DNA from: Podarcis liolepis
Taxonomy: Eukaryota
Direction: 5' to 3' (one strand)
Assembly: GCA_965112155.1 (NCBI GenBank)
Contig: OZ218098.1
Length of the DNA: 64,000 bases
Shown here: positions 24,285 through 37,653 of the stretch, one piece after another
How positions within the stretch are numbered: the first letter of the stretch is position 1
Layout: each line of letters opens with the position of its first letter
Program-made: the position numbers and the translations under genes
Notes under the pieces: model-generated
The model's database searches: none
What the model was told of the DNA's origin: nothing
What the model saw: the letters and a program-made list of their open reading frames with translations, nothing else

Positions 24285-25864
24285 CTGGAGGAACAAACAA
24301 AAGGGAGAGGGAGGGAAGAAAGCCAAGGATGTGAATATATCCCAGTTACTTGGGAAAACAGGCCAGATTGCTCTGTGATTGGGAGGTCAGCACAGTGACC
24401 AGACAGGAAAGGAAGGAGAAGGAAAGGCAGTGATAGTTCAGCAGCCTCCTTCATCAACAGAGGGCCCACCAGATGTTTTGAACCACAACTCCCGTCCGCC
24501 CCACCTAGCAAGGCCATGGTGATCTCATGTTTGGGACTACATAGCCCATCGGTTCCAGCCAGAAGTCCATGCTGGCTGAGCCTGATAGAAGCTGTAGATC
24601 AGGATGGCACCAGATGGGCTGTATGGGGGTCGGGAAGACACCTTTCTTATGCTGTGGCTCTTTCAGGTGATTAAAAACCCCAGGTGCCAAACTTGCTAAT
24701 TCAGCACACTTCAAATAGCTGCAAGGACGGCTGGAGAGCTGGTCGCTGAGCACATCCCAGCTGGTAGAGCAGGCTAGGTAAGTATAGTTAATCCCACCAC
24801 ATCTTTTCCCTGCCAAAGGGTCCTACTTGGCTGCAAAATAAGCCTCCTGTTTAATCCTGGCTTTGTTGTACTTGTGCAGCAAAGAGTCCTGCCATACACT
24901 TACAAGTACATTAGAACTGTTCTCAGCTTTGCCCAGATGCTCAGGGCAATCTGGTTGTGCCTGTATGTATGTGTGTTTTTGCATCGTTTGAAATGGCAAG
25001 TGTATAATGTTTCACAAAAAATCCAAGGCTATTTTGCTGAGCAGCGCCATATTGATCTAATTGGTGGCTGCTTAAGCAACAAGCACAAAGATGTTTATAG
25101 TTAACCTTTATTGGCGACCGTTAGTCCTTCCCTTGGTTGAGAAGAGATACTCTTTCCAACCTACTGATGTTGAAATTCCTCTTTTCTCTGAATTCCTTGA
25201 TTCAATAAGCTTATAGTGTGCCCGTGCCCAATTTATATTACATTTGCATCCCAATCCTGCATACATAGATACTGGCCAAGCCCCAACTGGAAGGTAAACT
25301 AAGCACTTTCATACCAATCTTAACAGCAGTTGCAAGTACCTCACGTGTTCAAAATTGATGAACAGTTGACATTTGGAATTACATGATAGATGCAACTTTA
25401 AAGTTGCATGATCGTGTAATTCCACATTGAGTACCTACCTGGGCATCCACATGATAAAATTCCAGAGTTATCTCAAGGCATTCTTCCCAGAGCGACTATT
25501 CTGAGGTTGTAATGCAAATTATGGCGGTTTCTTTAATTTTTTTTAGCTTTGTTTATGCAGCCAGTGGTGCATGCAAAATAACAGAATGTGTGCCAACAGA
25601 ATGCAACAGATTTCTCAGAATACAGTAGGTAATGTTCACCCTGATCAGAAAAATCCATAACATGTTTTATCATTCATTTCTGTACTTTAACTCATAGTCT
25701 TCTTTTCTTCATTTGCTAGCAATCACTAGATCTAGTTGCGAACTGAATGTGGAAGTTCTGCCCGCAGCTATCTGTGTGGATCAACGTACTGTTGTTTGGA
25801 GGGCACACAAAATTTCCCCTCCTCCTGAACTTCTTGCACCCATTTGAAGCCGAGAAAGGCTTTT

Positions 25865-26001
25865 CATGGGCCTAGCCAAGGGAAGGCAGGGAGGGGGGCA
25901 TCTGCCCCTCCCAATCACGTAAATAAATAAAAATAACTGACTAATCACGTCTCAGATAGCTCAGTTCTGCCCCCCCAATATAAATCCTAGCTACTCCCAT
26001 G
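25865..26001. mobile_element. hAT MITE
   Basis: CATGGG...CCCATG ends. TSD AGGCTTTT/TGGCTTTT. Confidence 0.72.
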
Positions 26002-28282
26002 TGGCTTTTGCCTCTCTAACAGAACAATTAGATGTGCGCCGCCTCAGAAATAAATCCCAATGTGTTCAATAGAGTTCACTCACAGGTAAATAGATAGAAG
26101 ATTGCAACTAAAGCTTCTTGGGAACTATCAAAAAGAGGTAGGAGGCATCCATGATTTCAACTCTGCCACTATTTATAAATTTCCTTTATCCAGACACCTC
26201 TGGTTGGTTACCCATCTAAATGAGGAGTAGATTCTGTGATGTCCTCCAGAGGTTGTTGGATTATAACTTCCACCATCCATGGTGCTTTGGTGTTGCAATC
26301 CAACAGCATCTAGAGGGCATTCATTGGCTATTCCTAATCTAAATGAATCTGTCTGGGTTATAACAAACAAACAAACAAACAAACAAACACCTAATCTGTC
26401 TGCATGTAGGAGCACTCTATGGCTGAGGCCTCCCTGATGTTGCCCATGCCCTGTCTGATAAATTTGTCTTTAGACACCTGGAATGGGCATCCTCTCCTGA
26501 CCATGATTCCATTACCATTGTTCTTTTCAGGGTCCTGAAGGAAGCTGAAGGTAGGTCTGCCAGAGCTGACTTTATCCCTAGAGAGTCTCTGGCTCCTGGC
26601 TTTGGATTTCATAAAAGGGCAGCAAATTATAAGCTATTTTATTATTGTTGTGTTTTTGCTCCCAGGGAGAGGCACCTGTATAATTTTCTGCCCCAGGTGT
26701 CAAAATATTTAGGCCTTCAGTACTATCCGCCTTGACTTTTGAGGCAAGTGGATCCAATTGCCACTCTGCCTCTGGTAGGAATATTTTGGGGGCTTTCTCT
26801 GAGGACAAGATGAGCAACCGACTTGCCCGTCCTTCCCAGGAGCTAGATTGCAGGGTTTAAAAAGCACAATTGTGTGGTGCCTCTAATCACAAGGGGAATG
26901 CTATTCCTGAAACCTCCAGATATTCATAGAAATGGGTACTCACAGAAGAGGCAGAAATGAGAAGAGGAACAATCTCATTTACTAGTTAACTTCTCAAACA
27001 CTGAACTGTCTCAACGGTGCTTAGCACAGCATCAAAGTTAAGCTGAAGGTCAAAGGTAGAGCAGAAGTGTCTTCTGTAATACGTAGACTAATTTAGCCCC
27101 TTTTGGAACATTAACTTCAGCATCTTCCTGCTTCCACTCATTTCTAAGCAGCTGCAGCAGCAGGGTGGTAACATTGAGCTCAACTGTGTTGGCAAGATGT
27201 GGGGGATTTGCTTCCCCATATGACTACAGGCCTCAATGCAGGAAGCTTTCAAAGAGTTGTTACATGACTATTGGCAGCCTCAGTCTTTGTGTGTCAGGTA
27301 GGATGCCGGACTTTGAAATCCTGGAATAGGGACTTGACTTTCTGAAAGCGGCTGTGAGCTATGTGCCTCCCTCCTTGCCCCAAGTTTTATTTTATTTGTT
27401 TTTTAAAATTATATCCTGTTTTTTAAAAAAATTATCTAGGTCTCAAAATGGCTCTCAAATATGCACCATATTTAAAAAAACTTAAATTAAAACCCCAGAA
27501 ATTTAAAATGACTGAACAGATTTAATTTCTTGTGATCAGCTGTCTCGTCCACAGTCTCACGCACTGGTAGTGTCTATCCATTGGGTCTTATATTTGGCGA
27601 GGGGAATCAGAGTGTCATCCTATAATACATCAAACTCCAATTGCCAACATGAATTACTCAGCCCTCCGTGGTCCTGCTGAAAGGAAGCATGGTATATCCA
27701 CTAAAAGGAACCAGTGACAGGCCCAAACTCTTTAGAGGACCTAAACTCGTGCACACAGGCACGAGTGGACAGCGTACTACCATGAAGGCAAGCTCCACAT
27801 CCATGAACATCCATAATTTGATAAATGCCTATCATGTCACCATGAGCATGTGTGAAATTAAGATTTCCGCCCCTCTGGCATGCATAGATTTATACTTGTT
27901 TTCACTGAATTGCATTTGCCATTTTACCACCCACTGACTCAGTTTGGAGAGGTCCTTTTGGAGCTCTTCACAATAGATATTAATTAACATGATTCAAGTT
28001 AAATAGCACATGACCAATCCTTGTGGGGGATTCCACTTTCTACATCCCCTGCACTGTCCATTTATTCCTGCTCTCTGCTTCCTGCTACTTAACAAATACT
28101 GATCCACAAGAGGAAGTCTTCCAACACTGCTATTCTTCAATACCCTGGGAAATGGCTGTGAGGGGCATGATGACCCTTAACATCTCCTCAGGCAGGAGGC
28201 CACATAGCCTGATGTCTCCTGTACTTCAACCAGTGCTACAGAGAGCAAAAACTCTTATGCGAATAACTCCCCCTCCCTGATT

Positions 28283-28451
28283 CAGTGGCGTAGCGTGGGG
28301 GGTGCAGGGGGGGCCGGCCGCATCGGGCGCAACATCTGGGGGTTAGGGTTAGGGGGCGCAAATCCACGGGTTAGGGGGCGCAAATCCACGGGTTAGGGGG
28401 CGCAAATTACTTGCCTTGCCCCGGGTGCTGATAGCCCACGCTACGCCACTG
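28283..28451. mobile_element. hAT MITE with internal TTAGGG-containing repeats
   Basis: Perfect 17-bp TIR CAGTGGCGTAGCGTGGG. Perfect 8-bp TSD CCCTGATT. Confidence 0.93.
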
Positions 28452-29689
28452 CCCTGATTGATCAACTCTACTCACACTGAATATTAGATTCCTCACAGAT
28501 ACCCAGAAGGCACCCAGCCTCTTGATAGACTGTAAGCTTTTCCCACAATGACAATACAGGGAAATAAAGAGGCTGTGTTTCTGGGGGCTTATACCTACAA
28601 CTAAAATATTCTTTAATTCAGGCCATGTGCTGCATTGGGCCTCTCAGAATCTGCACTGACAACAAATCCTAAAAAACACAGGGCATGCATAACCATTTCT
28701 TATTGAACCAGGATTTTTCATAGGACACCCCCAAAATCTCCATGTGTTTTCAATGCAAAATTCTTTTAAAGATCTTAAGGACCATATCCTTTTATAAACA
28801 GCCTTTTATTAGCATTTGCTGGGGGAGAAATGATACACACCATAAACATAAGAAGAGTAACATAAATTAGGAAAAGAAACAAAGTTAAATGCTCAAGTAA
28901 GGTTTTTTTTTTTAAAAAAAGCAACAGTAAAGAAAAGTAATGTCAAGAGAACATAAAATCTACACAGATAAATTCACATGAAAAGAGATCAAAAGAAGAA
29001 TCGATTTAGCATGCATATAACAAATAATGGGTAACAACATAAAAATGAAGCCTTATATAGATTCTCTTTCTTAAAAAGTCAAAAGCATATGTCTTGAATA
29101 CTATTTCCAGGGAAATTACACGTTTACCTAGATGAAGAATCACAATCTGGATGTACAAATGTCAACTCACTAAGTACAGGCATGTCACACTTACCCTACT
29201 GGCGCCCGGAGATTGCACAGTAACTATCTGACTGCCTGATCCTTTCATTTCCAGCTGCATCTAACTGCTCTTGCTGTAAGAAGGTAAATTTTCTGATGGT
29301 GCACATGCACAGTCACTATGGCAATGACTTTATGCCAGGAATGGCTAACCTGCGGCCCTCCACATTTTGAATGAAAACTGCCCCCAGCCAGCAAGACCAA
29401 TGGCTGTCACGAGATGATAGGAGCATAACTCCAACATCTGGAGTGCCACAGATTAGCCACCCCTGCTACCTGGAGTGCTGCCTACCAAGCATGCAGACAC
29501 ACCTGTCCCCTCTGCCATTGAAAAACAGCTTCTTTGTGTGTCCTCCCTTAAGGGCAGCTCTTCATATTAGTATTAGAGGTGTACTTGCAGGCGTGATGGA
29601 AAACATCCAACTTACTTGTGCCATGTAAACACTGTTTTGATGCCTCTGCTACAAGAGACTAAAACTGTGCCAGCTTCACGCCTTCTCGT

Positions 29690-30336
29690 TCTACGTGGGG
29701 CTGCCCTTGAGACTGACCCAGAAACTCCAGCGGGTGCAGAATGCTGCAGCGAGACTCCTTACGAGGTCTTCGCTGCGAGATCACATCCACCCGGTGCTAT
29801 ACCAGCTGCACTGGCTCCCGGTGGAGTACAGGATCAGGTTTAAGGTGCTGGTTTTAACCTTTAAAGCCCTATATGGTCTAGGACCCTCGTACCTACGGGA
29901 CCGCCTCTCCTGGTTTGCCCCACAGAGAACCTTACGGTCTTCAAATAAAAACATCTTGAAGGTCCCAGGCCACAGAGAAGTTAGGCTAGCCTCAACTAGA
30001 GCCAGGGCTTTTTCGGCTGTGGCTCCGATCTGGTGGAACACTCTGTCACAAGAGACCAGGGCCCTGCGGGACTTGACATCTTTCCGCAGGGCCTGCAAGA
30101 CAGAGCTGTTCCACCAGGCCTTTGGCCAGGGCACGGCCTGACTCCCTCCCTCAGCAATCTTCGCGGAGCTCTGGCCCAATGGTTGCCAGTGGCTTGAATT
30201 AATTAATTTTATAATGAATGATTTTAGAATGTTGTTTATGCTGTACTTTTGTACTGTTTTATTGTTGTTAGCCGCCCTGAGCCCGGCTTCGGCTGGGGAG
30301 GGCGGGATATAAATAAAATTTATTATTATTATTATT
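29690..30336 (+). mobile_element. L2-clade LINE 3' end (ORF2 C-terminus, 3'UTR, (TTA)n tail)
   Basis: ORF 29695..30141 has the L2-type motifs LQRVQNAAARLL, LHWLPV and FKVLVLTFKAL. Ends in aataaa...(tta)n. Confidence 0.88.
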
Positions 30337-33142
30337 CCCCCCTTTCTTGTAGTGTCCTGATGAAAACCACACATTGTGCTTATCTAGAGGGGTTACGAAG
30401 ATCAGGGCACAGAGAGACACACAGCAGCGCTGTCGCAACATCCAAGTACACCTCAACTCCTAACTTTTGCATGCAAGACCTCAGTGAAACATTAAGTCTG
30501 TTGCAGTAAGGGATGGATGAACCTATCAGTTTGGGTTTTCCCTCAGTTTCTCATTTCCCCAATCTTCAACTCACCACCTTCCTGCATCACTTTGCAAATG
30601 CTTCTGCCATTGTTTTAGTGTGTATTTCTCCTAATATAACAGTTTTGAATGCAGTTTTCCTCCTGAATTGTAGGACTGTGGAGCAGGGGCACTGGCTCCT
30701 AGGGACCGGGCCCTTCTGGCCTCCCCCTATATTTTGGGGAGAGGAGCCAGGGCCCGCCAATCACCAAATGTGGCATGCCTGCAGCAGCCAGCTTCTTCCT
30801 TCTCCTTCTCCTAGTGCAGAGGGGAAGGAGGGTTGAAGCTGCTGATGGTGCCAAGAGGAGTCAGAGGAGGAGCTGCCAGCCATTGAGTCATGTGGCCACT
30901 GCATTTGGCTCCGCCCCTGGCTCCTCCCAAAGTCCTGAAGTCATGCGCATGACATCACATGTGCAATGTCAGCTCTCCCCCATTGCCCTCGCAAGTTTGG
31001 GGATACATTTCCCTGCACCTCCTGCCATGACCTAGAAGGTGGGAAAGCAGAGAAAGACAGAAAAAGGACTGCAGCCTGAGAGCAGCTTTGTGGGGCCTGG
31101 GGAAGCCCCAGTGGGGACTTGGAGACGAATAAGAGTCAGTCTAGTGATTTGGAAACAGGTAGCCCTGGGATTGTTGCTAGGCAAGGTAGTTCTGTGGGAA
31201 AGACCCTGAGAAGAAGGCCAAACACAGTGTTGAAACTGTGCAGGCCTCCTGTTGGCCGGTAAATGTAGAAGCCTGTGCTGTTGTACTTTGGGCCCAGATC
31301 TTTTGTGACACCCCAAGGAAGCTGCAGTTTCCCCAGCTCCCGCTCCACCACCCCAATTAAATGAACTGCTGTGTGTTAACTGCATGTCAGGTGTGATTGC
31401 TCAAACTCACCAGGGTCAGTAAAGAGAATATTAATACTAAAGAGCCTTCAGCACTTTCCTCCAGTCCTGATTATATGCGCCCACTACTGATTTGAAAATC
31501 CATTGCACTGCATATATAAAATAACAGAAAAACTGAAAGACACCATTTAGTACATTCCTTTTTGCATTCGAAGCAATCGAGTGTGCATGAGTCTGTTTCA
31601 TGCCGTTTGAGAAGCTTTCCTAGTGAGCAAACATTCAAAGCCTTTCTTAGGAGCCAGCAATGGTTCTTAAACAAGATAGAGCTATTTAGTTTTAAATGCC
31701 CTTCAGCCATGGTGAGGCGCTGGCAGTGGTTCATTAGAAAAGAAAAGCTAATCCTTGCAAAATGTGTTTTGGCTGTAGGAGGCATTTGTCCCTTCAACAC
31801 GCAGGATCAGAGAGAGAAAGTAAGAAACCTCACATATTCTGTGTAGGAGAGACAAGAGTCTGGGCAGTATCCCAGTCCAGAGTGACTGACATCTGAACTA
31901 AGGACTCGGGCACCATTTCCTGGGGTCCTCAGCACATGGGATGCCGAAACAGCTTCTCAGAGAAGCCTCCAGTGGGATTTCCCCAGTGTAGGATACAGAA
32001 GCATAAAGGTACCCCTTTATGCTTACACTGCCATCACGGGTCAACCAAAGGGCAATTATCAAGGAGGAAAAAGATGGCCTATCTTAGTCTTGGTAAAAAA
32101 AAAAGGTCAGGAGGGGAGATGAGAGTGGTGCAAAAAATTATGCATGGTACAGAGAACATGGCTAGGGAGTCCCCCCGCCCCCGTAATACTATAACATGAG
32201 GTCATCCAATTAACCTGTATGCTAGAAGATTCAGGATAGACAATAGGATAAACTACAAACTTCAAGGGCTTCCTGTAGGCTTTCGTTGGCCACTGTGGGC
32301 AGTGGGATTCTGGACTAGATAGGTCTTTGTTCTGATTTAGCGTCTATGTTTTTGCATAGTCACTATAGTACCAACCGAGCTTAGAAAAAAAATACTCTTT
32401 TCTTCTGTGCGTGCATGAAAAGCAGTTTAGTTTCTCGAACCCATTTCTGAATCTGCTTCTTTGCTGTGGTGGAAATTGAAGATGCATTAAAAGCTAGCTG
32501 AAGAAAGAAAAGGCAAGAATCCAAAAGGTCACCTGCCTGAACCACGGACGTTCCACACTAAAGAACAGTTCAGAGGACTTCTATTAAGAGAAAGACAGCC
32601 AAGCTCAAATCTCATGGAACAGATTCACTGTGGCCATTTCTACTTGTTTCTTTTGCACACTGTTATCCACTGAAGCTGAGATTTGAAGGGGAAGACAGAC
32701 ATATATTTTCTCCGTCAAGCATAGGAACAACTTCAGGGTATGTGTGATTTTTCAGCAGGAAAGCAGAAGTCACATTCTTCCCATACCAACCTTTCCCTTC
32801 AAATGGCAACCTCAGTGGCTGTATGACACAAAAGGGGTTGGGATGTGCGGGAGAGCAACTTTTTTTTTTAAAAGGAACAACATATATCGTGCAGTTCTGT
32901 TCTCAGTAGAAGTACAAAGGGAGGGAATCTAAACAATTAAAGGAGAAGCAAAAGCAAGTAGGGAGCCTTATCCATTATTCTACATCTGGGATGGAAACCT
33001 TGTTAGACAGCCAGCATGGCTGATGGTTAAGGAAGATGTAGACCAGCAACATCTGGGGGGGGGGGCACAGCTTCTTCCTCCCTGATTCACATGGTGGCAT
33101 ATGCAATTAGAAAGCAATGAGGGCTAAGCTGGAACTGCTTGC

Positions 33143-33379
33143 CTTATTCATGCTTCCAAAAGTGTATTGAAAAGTGTTTTCCATATTTGGGTGTGTTCTT
33201 CTCAGGACTATTTCTTCGTTGTCTTCACTGCCGTCAGCTTCATTTGCCCCAAGCTGCCATTTAATCTGATTGGCCTTGGGGACCCCCTTGAGGTTAGCAA
33301 TGATTTTGTGGTGCTGCCTAAGGACATCCTGGGTAGGTGCAAACAAGGCCACATACTGTACATCTCCACAGCCAACAGG
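33143..33379 (-). CDS. RGS6: Candidate RGS6 alternative cassette exon (79 aa, PVGCGDVQYVALFAPTQDVLRQHH...FGSMNK)
   Basis: Acceptor ctctcccttatttgcccacatggctgctcAG. The phase-0 frame is open throughout. Donor AAG|GCAAGC (GC type). 237 nt keeps the frame. Confidence 0.55.
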
Positions 33380-35227
33380 CTGAGCAGCCATGTGGGCAAA
33401 TAAGGGAGAGGATTATGAAGGCAAGTTAGAAGAAGGCAGAAGCCCACTAGGGCACCAAAGAGAACCAAAGGAGTACAAATGTTTTTAGTTATCGTTCAGC
33501 TGCATCATCTTTGCTAATTTCAAGGGAAATCTGGAAATGAAAGAACACAGCTGTAACTGTAATGGCTATCAAATCAGAAAATTATTTCCCCCTATTTAGC
33601 TCACAGCTAAATATTTTTCCTGTATGGAGAGTAATGACTTACAAGATGTTTCTTCAATGGCTTTGGGTGGTTGATTACTAGCAAGGACACACGTCACTTG
33701 CTTGCAAGGGGACTGGGAAGTGAGGCAGCTAGGATGCAGATAGTGGAGATAAAATTCCTCTGAGTATCTCTGCAACTGGCTGGTGGGTTTTCAAGGTCTG
33801 CTATTTGCTTTTGGGAAACGGAAGCTGGTTTAAAGGCTTGCTCTAGCTATCTGGGTGCTTGTCTACTTCCTCCACAGTCAGATGGTGTATTTGTAAATAA
33901 ACACATAGTTCAGAAGTCGACAATCACCTCCAGCATTCTCTCCCTTCTAAAGAATACGATACTACAGCAGCTATCCCTGGAACTTTCTACTGTTTGGGGA
34001 AATGGGAAACAGTATGTGTAGCCTAAATTGAAAACAGATGTGGGGTTGCTGTTAAGTCCTCTGTGATTCATAATGTGGCGAGGACTTCTCCATAGAATAA
34101 TATCCAGGCAGTGAAATTGTGTAACAGCAATAGGAACTTGGCACAGGTTCCCACTTTGCTTCCCCCCCCCCCCATTCATGCATTCATACCTGAGTATGAA
34201 GCCCATGTGGTCAGAAAAGTTAAAAGGAAATTAGTGGTTGCTGGTATGAATGAAAGAAGATTCAGACTTGACCTCAAGATCCACCTCTGCTAGTGTCTTC
34301 CACTTAGGTGACTGGAAAGAGAAGACTTATTAGCCTCTAGCTTAGATGCCTTTGGAAGGGGATTACATGGAGGATAAGTTTGTCGTTGGCTACTAGTCAT
34401 GATGGCTGTATGCTACATCCAGGATCAGAGGCAAGCATGAGTATCTGTTTCTGGGGAATGACAGCAGGAGAAGGCTATCATGCTCAGAAGCTTGTGGTTG
34501 GTCACAGAATGTCGGACAAGGTAGGCCTTTGGTTGGATCCTGCAGGGCTCTTCTTATGGTTCTCATGAATGGTTGAGGAAATGTTATACATTCTATTCTA
34601 CAGCCAGGTTCAAAGAGCAGCTTAAGCTCACACTTTTGCTAGACTGGGTTTATTTTGTCCTCTTCTTTTTCTTTGAATTGCCAACCAATAAAGGCACATC
34701 ACAAATTACTTTTGAAGCTCTCTTCCGTTTCAAAAGCAATTTGCCATGTGCTGCTGCATGAGGAAAAAGCACTTTTTAATGAAATACTATCAGGCTCATG
34801 GAACTAGTCTCACGCATCTTTGCATAGGATAGCTGACATTATTCAATCAAAGCTGACCGTTCCAAGATATTTTAGAGGCCCATGTTAGATCAACAGAACT
34901 GTAATGGATTTTTGGACCTGAGTTCAGAATCTGCATACACTTTTATGAATTAAAATTGTAAGTTGTCCATTATTGGGCAACTGGTTTGAAACAAGTTCAT
35001 TAAACATCTCTTAAACCTATAGCTTCGTGGGGAGCATTCTGCTTATGTTAGACTGGGGTACCTTCACTGGCCGAAATCTGCATGTCACGAAATTCTACCT
35101 TTTTATTGTACAGGAGTAAACTACACAGGAGTTGTTATAAAATTTAATAAAATAATTTCTGAAATAAAAGAAAATGCTGAAGAGAAGGTGGGGAAAAGAA
35201 AGAAAAGCAAAAGCAAAATGAACTTAC

Positions 35228-35281
35228 CACGCTGCGAGTGAACTTTTCTAGAGAAGTTCTACGACCTTGCTCATTCTCGGG
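35228..35281 (-). CDS. RGS6: RGS6 54-nt exon: PENEQGRRTSLEKFTRSV (alternatively spliced in mammals)
   Basis: Long polypyrimidine tract, acceptor ...ttctaaAG, donor GTG|GTAAGT. 18 codons, phase 0/0. Matches mammalian RGS6 PESEQGRRTSLEKFTRSV from memory. Confidence 0.93.
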
Positions 35282-35822
35282 CTTTAGAAGGGGAAAAAAA
35301 AGTTAGGAAGGAAAAACTACTGAAAAAGAAAAGAAAAAAAAAAAAAGAATCCCTTCAGCTTAAATTTTGATCTAAAAACATTAGCAAAAGAAAAGAAGAA
35401 AGATAAAACATCTCAAAACATGGCAGCTACAATTTGCAAGAGCAAAGCAACTAACTTTTGTATTGTAATATTCTGGTAGCTTCTCCCATTGGGAAGTATC
35501 CTGTGCTCTGTGCTTAAAATGCGGATCTAGTCCAAACTTACATAGCTCAAGAGAAAGATACATAATGCTGCACTCTGCACCTGTCTTTTCAATAATTCAA
35601 TCAATCAATCCCTGAGCTTTCCCTTCTGTGGTTCAGGATAGAGCCTAAACTTTCCCAATCAGCATACGGTGGTCTCCTACCATTCAGGATAGGCTAATTG
35701 GTTTTATAAAATGAACCAATATGGTACTAAAAACAATCATTGACCCTACCCAACATGAAGGAGCCACCCATGGAAACACACTTGCTCTCCTCACCCTGCA
35801 TGTTGGATGTCTTTTAATTTGA

Positions 35823-36208
35823 ATGCTAAGGGAGCTGGGCATGTTTAGCCTGGAGAAGAGGAGGTTAAGGGGTGATATGATAGCCATGTTCAAATATATA
35901 AAAGGATGTCACATAGAGGAGGGAGAAAGGTTGTTTTCTGCTGCTCCAGAGAAGTGGACACGGAGCAATGGATCCAAACTACAAGAAAGAAGATTCCACC
36001 TAAACATTAGGAAGAACTTCCTGACAGTAAGAGCTGTTTGACAGTGGAATTTGCTGCCAAGGAGTGTGGTGGAGTCTCCTTCTTTGGAGGTCTTTAAGCA
36101 GAGGCTTGACAACCATATGTCAGGAGTACTCTGATGGTGTTTCCTGCTTGGCAGGGGGTTGGACTCGATGGCCCTTGTGGTCTCTTCCAACTCTATGATT
36201 CTATGATG
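35823..36208 (+). mobile_element. CR1 LINE 3' end
   Basis: Peptide LRELGMFSLEKRRLRGDMIAMFKYIKG and 3' terminus ...CCAACTCTATGATTCTATGAT. Confidence 0.92.
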
Positions 36209-36750
36209 CATTGTCTTACGGAACCATGAACCACTCATGACTGGATCAGGGCCAATATCATTCAAGAATGACCTACTTATAGCTTTATTATGCTGTTGTA
36301 TAGCTCTACACACAGGTGAGACGCAACATATACAATGGCTATAGCACAGTGGTTTTTAGACTGTGCTATGAGGAACCCTAGGGTTCCTTGTAGGTTTATC
36401 AGGAATCTCTTAAGTGAGAAGGACAGTAATGGTAGGCAAGTTTCCATAATAAATAGGACTGTCCACCACTAATTTATTTTATCCTAAAATATGCAGATGT
36501 AAGGGAGCAAGGATGAGACCAGGGCCAACCCTGCCAATAGACAGCAAAAGTGGGGGGTAGCGGATGGAGAGCAGCAGCAAGATGTTGGGAGACAGAGCTG
36601 TCTGTCACTTGGCTTACCCTGCTGCCCTCAGGTGTGTTGGGTTGATGTCATCCCATTGCCAGTGTTTGTAGAAAGTCTCAGCCACCACAATTGGCCAGCT
36701 TCTGTACATGGCTTTGGGGGCAGGGGGAGGCACCAGGATGAGACTATGAT

Positions 36751-36785
36751 GTGGTGGTGGTGGTGGTGGTGGTGGTGGTGGTGGT
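36751..36785. repeat. (GGT)n microsatellite
   Basis: Seen directly. Confidence 0.95.
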
Positions 36786-37285
36786 TGAAAAAACTAATTA
36801 TCTGCTAGAGCATATAAATAATATAATTTCATTATAACAAGAAAGCCGCCAACATTTTGGGTATGTTGCTGTTCTCCAAAGTGACGTGATTCATTTGGCA
36901 TAGGACAAATCCTAGGAACTATGGGAGAAGAGGTAATTTTGCTAGCAAGCCTGCCATTTTGTTGAATAAAGGGATTAAATGGTGAGGGGGGGGGAACCAT
37001 CAGCACATCATGGGGGGTGGGACTACCTTACCTCCAGTTCAGTTGTGGTTGGGAAGTAACAGAGACATGGGATTATGAATGTGTTTGGTGGTTTTATTAA
37101 ATCTGCACTTTCTTTTAAAATGAAGGGTCAAGAAATCAGAGAAAAACAGCAGACCTGCCACCCTTCTAAGCAAAGGAAGAAAGGGAAATCCTTTCTAGCA
37201 AAAGGACACTTTTGCTGAAGGGAGTTAGGAACATTGGGAAGTTACCTAAAGAGCAGGGCTTTGCATAATGGTACTAAACACTCTG

Positions 37286-37653
37286 GGGGACGCGGGTCGC
37301 GCTGTGGGTAAAATCTCAGCGCCTAGGACTTGCCGATCGCATGGTCGGCGGTTCGAATCCCCACGGCGGGGTGAGCTCCCTTCGTTCAGTCCCAGCACCT
37401 GCCCACCTAGCAGTTCGAAAGCACAATTAAGTGCAAGTAGATAAATAGGTACCGCCTTCTAGCGGGAAGGTAAACGGCGTTTCTGTGTGCTGCTCTGGTG
37501 CCGGTTCGCCGGAGCAGCTTCATCACGCTGGCCACGTGACCCAGAAGTGTCTTCGGACAGCGCTGGCTCCCAGCCTCTAGAGTGAGATGAGCGCACAACC
37601 CTAGAGTCTGTCAAGACTGGCCCGTACGGGCAGGGGTACCTTTACCTTTACCT
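37286..37653 (+). mobile_element. Sauria SINE, full length, different subfamily
   Basis: Same head and tail. 14-bp TSD TACTAAACACTCTG at 37272-37285 and 37654-37667. Confidence 0.92.

Noticed and set aside
28325-28410. Short regularly spaced repeats resembling a CRISPR array (also 42295-42355)
   Set aside because: They are tandem repeats without unique spacers in vertebrate DNA, and there are no cas genes.
29695-30141. 148-aa ORF as a host gene
   Set aside because: It is the C-terminus of L2 ORF2 in a 5'-truncated copy.
31030-31430. Possible additional old LTR (purine-rich, ATTAAA near end); similar hints at ~1470-1720 and ~4000-4500
   Set aside because: No definable termini or TSD, so too degenerate to support.
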